DNA of 64,000 nucleotides from a virus: IMG/VR virus record IMGVR_UViG_3300024999_000053, positions 32,001 to 96,000 of that record; one strand, 5' to 3'. Shown piece by piece: positions 58,928 to 64,000 of this stretch (position 1 is its first letter; each line of letters starts with the position of its first letter). The notes under the pieces were generated by a model. It saw only the letters and a program-made list of their open reading frames with translations, ran no database searches and was not told where the DNA came from. The position numbers and the translations under genes were made by a program.

Positions 58928-59653
58928 TTATTTAATTTGAATCAATTTATTCCATGTTGTAATAAACATCCTAGGCAATATAGTATAATCAGCAAACCCA
59001 TATAATCCACAAGAGAAAAAATCGTGGCATTCAATAATAAAAGTCCCATTTTCATTATTAATACCGACATCTAAGGTATATGCAGAATTTTCATCATAAT
59101 TCCAATGATTATTTGCAATTATCATTTCTTCCATGAGTTTAATGTCAGGAAATAATGTGAAATCCCCAGCATAATTTTGTAATCCTACTAATTTATCATT
59201 ATATATAAATGCTCTCCATTCAGATTGAATATTAATTAATTCGGACAGCATAAAATTACCTGCAGGTAGAATACTCCCATGATTTAAAATATCTGTAAAA
59301 CCTTTAATTTTATCATCTGATTTAACAAACCATTTCTTTTTAAGTGGTTCTTTGTGGTTGTTTACAGTAATAATTTCACGTTTTGTAAAATGTTTATTCC
59401 TTAAATTAATAGGTATATTTAATGGTTTAACATTTTTAATACCATGAAAATCAGATAAAAATTCTTGAACAAATTCCACAGAACCTATAGGAATATAATT
59501 TAAGGCATTGAATCCTATCATTTCGTTAACTAAATCATAATCATATATTCTTTCATTCTGAAACCAATTATTATATTTAATAGCTTCAATTAAGTGAAAT
59601 GAAAAATCATGAGTAATTTCTTTATTAATTGTTTGTATTAAAAATCTTTTCAT
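58928..59653 (-). CDS. ATP-grasp protein (DUF4343/R2K-like)
   Basis: PIGSVEFV, WFVKS, SEWRAFI, YTLDVG, IIEC. Confidence 0.75.
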   Translation of the reverse strand: MKRFLIQTINKEITHDFSFHLIEAIKYNNWFQNERIYDYDLVNEMIGFNALNYIPIGSVEFVQEFLSDFHGIKNVKPLNIPINLRNKHFTKREIITVNNHKEPLKKKWFVKSDDKIKGFTDILNHGSILPAGNFMLSELINIQSEWRAFIYNDKLVGLQNYAGDFTLFPDIKLMEEMIIANNHWNYDENSAYTLDVGINNENGTFIIECHDFFSCGLYGFADYTILPRMFITTWNKLIQIK

Positions 59654-59698
59654 TTAATTTTTCCTTTCCTTTCTTTTAGTTATTATAACATAAATTTA

Positions 59699-59896
59699 TC
59701 AATTAGAAGTATATAATTCTATTTTTTTTTGATAGTTTTTAATTTCTCTTTGCCATTTACATAATTCATTTGGTTTTGAGCAAACAACTTTACCAAGTTT
59801 AAATAAGTAATTGAAACTAGTATGATAACACCAAGCCGAACAACAAAATGGCCTACAAGTGCATTGATATAATTGATTACTAATACTTAGATTCAT
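59699..59896 (-). CDS. Cys-rich hypothetical protein
   Basis: GAGGA RBS. Confidence 0.4.
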   Translation of the reverse strand: MNLSISNQLYQCTCRPFCCSAWCYHTSFNYLFKLGKVVCSKPNELCKWQREIKNYQKKIELYTSN

Positions 59897-60292
59897 TTAA
59901 TTTTCCTCATTCTCGATTTTCTTCTTAATAATATCTAAAATTTCCAAGCAAGCTTTCTTGTACCCTTTTGACCACGCATAGGTACTTTCATTATGATAAT
60001 CTATATTGATAGAATTTATCTCATTAATTAACCATTCTTTCAACTCTTTCATTGCGAACCATTCTCCTTTCTTTTTGTGTCACCTCCCTTCTGTCATTTT
60101 ATTTTATGTTTATTTAAGAAAATTGTGAGTATTATATTTCGTCTCTGATAAATTTAATATAATCATTTATCTGACAAAGATGGCAAACGTATTGTTTATC
60201 TAAAAGATATCCATCCCAATCTTCAATTCCGATTTTATTTAAACAATACAATTTACAGAATTGTTCTTTTAATTCTAATAATTTATCTTCCA

Positions 60293-60604
60293 TTAAAATT
60301 CCTCATCCAGTGCTAATTTCCAACATTCAGAACAAAATATGTTGCTTCCTAAAATACATTTGTTGTGCTGATTCTCATTTAAATTTACATGACTTGGACA
60401 TACGCCAATTAATTTATACAATTGAGAATTTGGTTCTAATTGAAGATATTCTATTAATTTATCTTTTCCTGTCATTAAAGTATTTGGGATATAATTAGGA
60501 TGAGGACATGAATCTTTATGGTTTAATAAGCATCCTTCTCCAAAAGGTTCTTCCCAATCAGGTGAATAGCAAACTCCACTGTCGAAATGTATGCATTGTT
60601 TCAT
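60293..60604 (-). CDS. Cys-rich hypothetical protein
   Basis: AAGGAG RBS, CSECW. Confidence 0.55.
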   Translation of the reverse strand: MKQCIHFDSGVCYSPDWEEPFGEGCLLNHKDSCPHPNYIPNTLMTGKDKLIEYLQLEPNSQLYKLIGVCPSHVNLNENQHNKCILGSNIFCSECWKLALDEEF

Positions 60605-60622
60605 TTTTTAACAACAACTCCT

Positions 60623-60811
60623 TTATTCATCAGTTTCTTCCTTATCTTTTTTACCACTATTAGACTTCATACTGATCATTCCTGGAATCAACATTGCCCA
60701 AAGACAATTTGCATCTTTAGTATAATAAATTCCAATTGATGTTGCGAGGGCTGTTGCTATCCATGCCATCCCATATGCAATCCGCATATTATAAATACTC
60801 CTTTCTCTCAC
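60623..60811 (-). CDS. Small membrane protein
   Basis: Hydrophobic AYGMAWIATALATSIGIYYT..CLWA. Confidence 0.55.
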   Translation of the reverse strand: MRERSIYNMRIAYGMAWIATALATSIGIYYTKDANCLWAMLIPGMISMKSNSGKKDKEETDE

Positions 60812-60832
60812 ATAAATTATTATTTTACTTGG

Positions 60833-61216
60833 TTAATTATTTGCTTTCTTAACATCGGCAAAACCAACAAAACAAGTACAATCATTGAACTCAGGATTAT
60901 CATCTAATCTTATTGCTAATGGTCTTTTTGAATCACAAATATCAACGTCAAATATTTTACCAAAATATCCTTTAAAGATTCCATTAATTACTTCTACAAA
61001 ATCGCCTACTGATGGCATGTTTTCATAATATACAATTATTTCATTTAGTGAATCTCTAATAAATTTTGCTTGTTGTAAATCAAAACTAAGACAATTAGTA
61101 CCATCTACTTCATTTAGCATAATAAAATCATTATCTTTAGGAGCATTGTGAGTCCATTTATCAGTATAGTTTGGTTCAATAAAAATATTATCTAGAGAAT
61201 ATTTATTTTTTAACAT
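60833..61216 (-). CDS. KOW-motif hypothetical protein
   Basis: VGDFVEVINGIFKGYFGKI. Confidence 0.6.
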   Translation of the reverse strand: MLKNKYSLDNIFIEPNYTDKWTHNAPKDNDFIMLNEVDGTNCLSFDLQQAKFIRDSLNEIIVYYENMPSVGDFVEVINGIFKGYFGKIFDVDICDSKRPLAIRLDDNPEFNDCTCFVGFADVKKANN

Positions 61217-61240
61217 TAGTTATATTCCTTCTTTCTTATT

Positions 61241-61441
61241 TTAATATAATTTTTCGCTCAATTCTTCTATAAGTTTATATATTGTTTTAATCTCTGTAAG
61301 ATTACTATATTCTTCAAGCATATCTTTGATTGTATTTACTTCATTTTCTACAATTTCAATAATATTTAAAGCATCTTCTAAATTAACTTTTCCATCTTCA
61401 TTTGAATCATATTCTAATTGTTTTCTATATTCTCCTCTCAT
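61241..61441 (-). CDS. Hypothetical protein
   Basis: GAGGAGG RBS. Confidence 0.6.
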   Translation of the reverse strand: MRGEYRKQLEYDSNEDGKVNLEDALNIIEIVENEVNTIKDMLEEYSNLTEIKTIYKLIEELSEKLY

Positions 61442-61612
61442 TTAATAAATCCTCCTCTTCGTCATTAGTATCATTTATAACATTAATGCTATTGGTAATA
61501 CCATTATTACCTAATATTTCATGAATATCATGTGCAATATCTTCAGCATCTTTTTCAGAATCTACTTCTATGTATACTTGTAATATGAAGTACATATTTT
61601 TGCTCCTTTCTA

Positions 61613-61712
61613 AGCAAATGAAACATATTTTTTATTGGGTGCTATCATATTAGGTAGTAAATGGAAGTATTAATGAGTAAATGGAAGCATGAAAGAGGTA
61701 AAATATGATATT
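61613..61712 (+). repeat. Composite site, copy 2 (AAA-N6-TTT core + three spaced direct repeats)
   Basis: TAGGTAGTAAATGGAAGTATTAATGAGTAAATGGAAGCATGAAAGAGGTAAAATA matches 29349-29403, with the same 18-nt gap to the core. Confidence 0.8.
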
Positions 61713-61716
61713 TTGA

Positions 61717-62196
61717 TTAATTTTGATTAATATCGGTTAAATTAACCTCGATTTTACTATTGCTAACCAATTGTCTATATTTAACTCCTGCTATATCTAG
61801 AATAAATCTAGAAGCAATTGTTTGTTCTGAATCGCTGTATTTATTACTCAAGTATACAATTTCTGATATACCAGACTGGATTATACTTTTTGAACATTCG
61901 TTACAAGGAAATAATGTTGTGTAGAGAATACAATTAGTTAGGTCAACTTTTGCATGAAGAATAGCATTTTGCTCTGAGTGGACTACATATAGATATTTTC
62001 CTTCCAATCCTTCTTTATTTTGCCAAGGCATTTGAGAATCATCACAATTATTTGGCATACCATTATATCCAGTAGAAATGATTCTATTTGATTTATTGAC
62101 AATACATGCACCAACTTGAGTTCTTGTGTCTTTACTTCTAAGTGACGATATGTATGCTACGGACATGAAATATTCGTCCCAATTTATGATTTGCAA
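61717..62196 (-). CDS. dCMP deaminase
   Basis: WDEYFM, RSKD..TQVGACIV, GYNG, VHSEQNA, FPCNEC. Confidence 0.93.
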   Translation of the reverse strand: MQIINWDEYFMSVAYISSLRSKDTRTQVGACIVNKSNRIISTGYNGMPNNCDDSQMPWQNKEGLEGKYLYVVHSEQNAILHAKVDLTNCILYTTLFPCNECSKSIIQSGISEIVYLSNKYSDSEQTIASRFILDIAGVKYRQLVSNSKIEVNLTDINQN

Positions 62197-62265
62197 TTTG
62201 TTCTATTGCTCCTTTCTTGTGAGGTGGGAGAGATATATTTCAATCTCTCCATATTAAAATTAATT

Positions 62266-62697
62266 TTATTTTCTACCTGTGCTTCCAAACCCACCCCGAT
62301 TTTCATTTTCTAAATCATCAACTTCATCGAATGTTACAGTTGGCATTTTCTTTTGAATCCTAAATTGGCAAATACGATCATTAATTTTAATCTCTGTATC
62401 TCGCATTGCTAATGCAGGATATTTCCAAATATCATTATTCCCTTTATAGATTTCATCAATTAGTCCTAAATGATTTGTTTGAATAATTCCAAATGTTTTA
62501 TACGTACTTGAGCGTGGAATAACATACGCCTCATATCCTTCTGGTAATTCCATTGACACACCAAGAGAAATTAGTTTGAATTCTCCTGCTTTTAGGGAGA
62601 TATTTTCTGCTGATCTTAGGTCAAACCAATCTGATTTATTTTCAATGTTTGTAATTTTATCAATTTCCTTTGAGTGGTATTTGATTTTAATATTCAT
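62266..62697 (-). CDS. dut: Trimeric dUTPase
   Basis: [29 protein letters not shown]. Confidence 0.93.
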   Translation of the reverse strand: MNIKIKYHSKEIDKITNIENKSDWFDLRSAENISLKAGEFKLISLGVSMELPEGYEAYVIPRSSTYKTFGIIQTNHLGLIDEIYKGNNDIWKYPALAMRDTEIKINDRICQFRIQKKMPTVTFDEVDDLENENRGGFGSTGRK

Positions 62698-62714
62698 TAT
62701 TTATATTCCTCCAA

Positions 62715-63512
62715 TTAATTATTTAATGATTTATTCTTAAACACAGTGTTTACATCATTGTCTCTATTAACCATTGCACCAAAGTATTTGATTTCTCCTT
62801 CTCTTCTTAATTCTATAGCGTCTTCTATATTTGCACGATAACCTAAAAACTTCTTCTTACCATTTAATTTTATATTAGCTTCCCATTTTTTATGACAACT
62901 ATCCCAAGATACACCAGGAAATCCAGAAGTATTATTAGATTGCTTCCCTTTATTAATTCCATTAATTTGATATGTAGTAATTTCAAGATTGTATTTTCTA
63001 CAATTCTTTCTATCTCTGTCTATATGATTTACAACCTTTGATTTGTCTTTAGGAGGTTTAAAATTCATTACATAATTATGTAATCTTCCTATAGCGTGAT
63101 TAGCAACATATTTTTCTACAGTTAAATTCCATCTATGAATTTTACACTTTTCTACATCTTCTATGTCTATTGGTGCTCTTGCCTCTTCAATTTGATCTTC
63201 ATTATATAGTATTATTTCAGCATATGTATCATGTAAAACTATTTCATTTAAATCCCTATTAGTTCTCCGTTTTGTATAACCAAATGTTTTCATTTGTTGA
63301 TAATGTCTTCCGCAATAATATTTATCTTCTATACAGCCAACTTTTGTATCACTACCACAAATTTCACAAATATGTTTTGTTTTATCTATGTCTTGTAATA
63401 TCTCTCCGAATTTCCATAATTGCCAATAGTGTCTTTTACAAATATTTTTATTTAATTTTTCATTAAATCTAACACCTTTATTACTATTACATATTTCACA
63501 AAATCTCTCTAT
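62715..63512 (-). CDS. HNH-AP2 homing endonuclease with two N-terminal CxxC..CxxH fingers, ATA start
   Basis: RLH..VM...VNHIDRDRKNCRKYNL; NNTSGFPGVSW..KWEANI (AP2). Frame is open 73 codons upstream to ATA 63512, behind AAGGAG. Confidence 0.85.
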   Translation of the reverse strand: MERFCEICNSNKGVRFNEKLNKNICKRHYWQLWKFGEILQDIDKTKHICEICGSDTKVGCIEDKYYCGRHYQQMKTFGYTKRRTNRDLNEIVLHDTYAEIILYNEDQIEEARAPIDIEDVEKCKIHRWNLTVEKYVANHAIGRLHNYVMNFKPPKDKSKVVNHIDRDRKNCRKYNLEITTYQINGINKGKQSNNTSGFPGVSWDSCHKKWEANIKLNGKKKFLGYRANIEDAIELRREGEIKYFGAMVNRDNDVNTVFKNKSLNN

Positions 63513-63527
63513 TTTTCTCTTCTCCTT

Positions 63528-64000
63528 CTAACTTATTTTTATTCCATATTGATTATTTGATGACAACCAAATACCCAACGCATCATCAAATACATTGCTA
63601 CTGTCCTCTTTGTATCTTCCAAATTTAATAACAATATTTTTATATTCAACTAATTTACACAATTTATTTATTAACTCATCAGGATAGTAACCAGTGTAAA
63701 TAACTATATCATCTTCAGATACTAATCTAAAATCATCTACAAATTCTAAAACTTCATCAAATTGCAACATTGGTTCTAACCCACCAATAACGATAGCTTG
63801 AGTAATGGGGTTATTGAGGTATCTATTTATAATAGATTTAATAGATACCTCAATATTTTTCTGATTTGCTAATTTAGAATTTTGACAAACTGAAATGTCA
63901 AATTTTCCTTCTATAGCACATTTCCAATCACATTTACAAGTTGCTATCATCATTGATGTTTTTTTATAATCTTGGAAATTCTCATCCATTATGTTCTTAA
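63528..64000 (-). CDS. nrdG: Anaerobic ribonucleotide reductase activating protein, 5'-truncated
   Basis: ENFQDYKK, CDWKC..CQN, IGGLEP, IYTGY, KFGRY, SSNNQY. Confidence 0.85.
   Translation of the reverse strand, partial: KNIMDENFQDYKKTSMMIATCKCDWKCAIEGKFDISVCQNSKLANQKNIEVSIKSIINRYLNNPITQAIVIGGLEPMLQFDEVLEFVDDFRLVSEDDIVIYTGYYPDELINKLCKLVEYKNIVIKFGRYKEDSSNVFDDALGIWLSSNNQYGIKIS

Overview
AT-rich 64-kb segment of a large tailed temperate phage of a Firmicute, probably an anaerobic spore-former, with a SPbeta-like/Clostridia layout. Left arm (+, 1-28.9 kb): 3' part of the tape measure gene, tail and baseplate genes, two receptor-binding protein/chaperone modules, a broken helicase, and a lysis block containing two papain-fold proteases, an amidase and holins. 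Middle (+, 29.6-41.8 kb): antirepressor-like and primase-like genes plus small early genes. At 41.8-51.1 kb is a plasmid-like block: a DGQHR protein, an FtsK/SpoIIIE + replication-relaxation + SpoIIIAC-like + M23 operon, ParM/ParR, and an HTH Rep with an antisense-RNA leader. This points to a phage-plasmid. Right arm (-): small hypothetical and nucleotide-metabolism genes (gmk, thyX, dCMP deaminase, dut, nrdG). At least 8 free-standing homing-endonuclease-like genes are present. No tRNA, rRNA or CRISPR array was seen. Main leads: (1) a possible sporulation-linked DNA transfer operon; (2) a repeated three-way-junction leader RNA with a palindromic loop and an anti-SD loop; (3) a composite 'core + three direct repeats' site present twice, 32 kb apart; (4) a swappable tail-fibre cassette. 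All family calls come from motif recognition by eye, not database searches.
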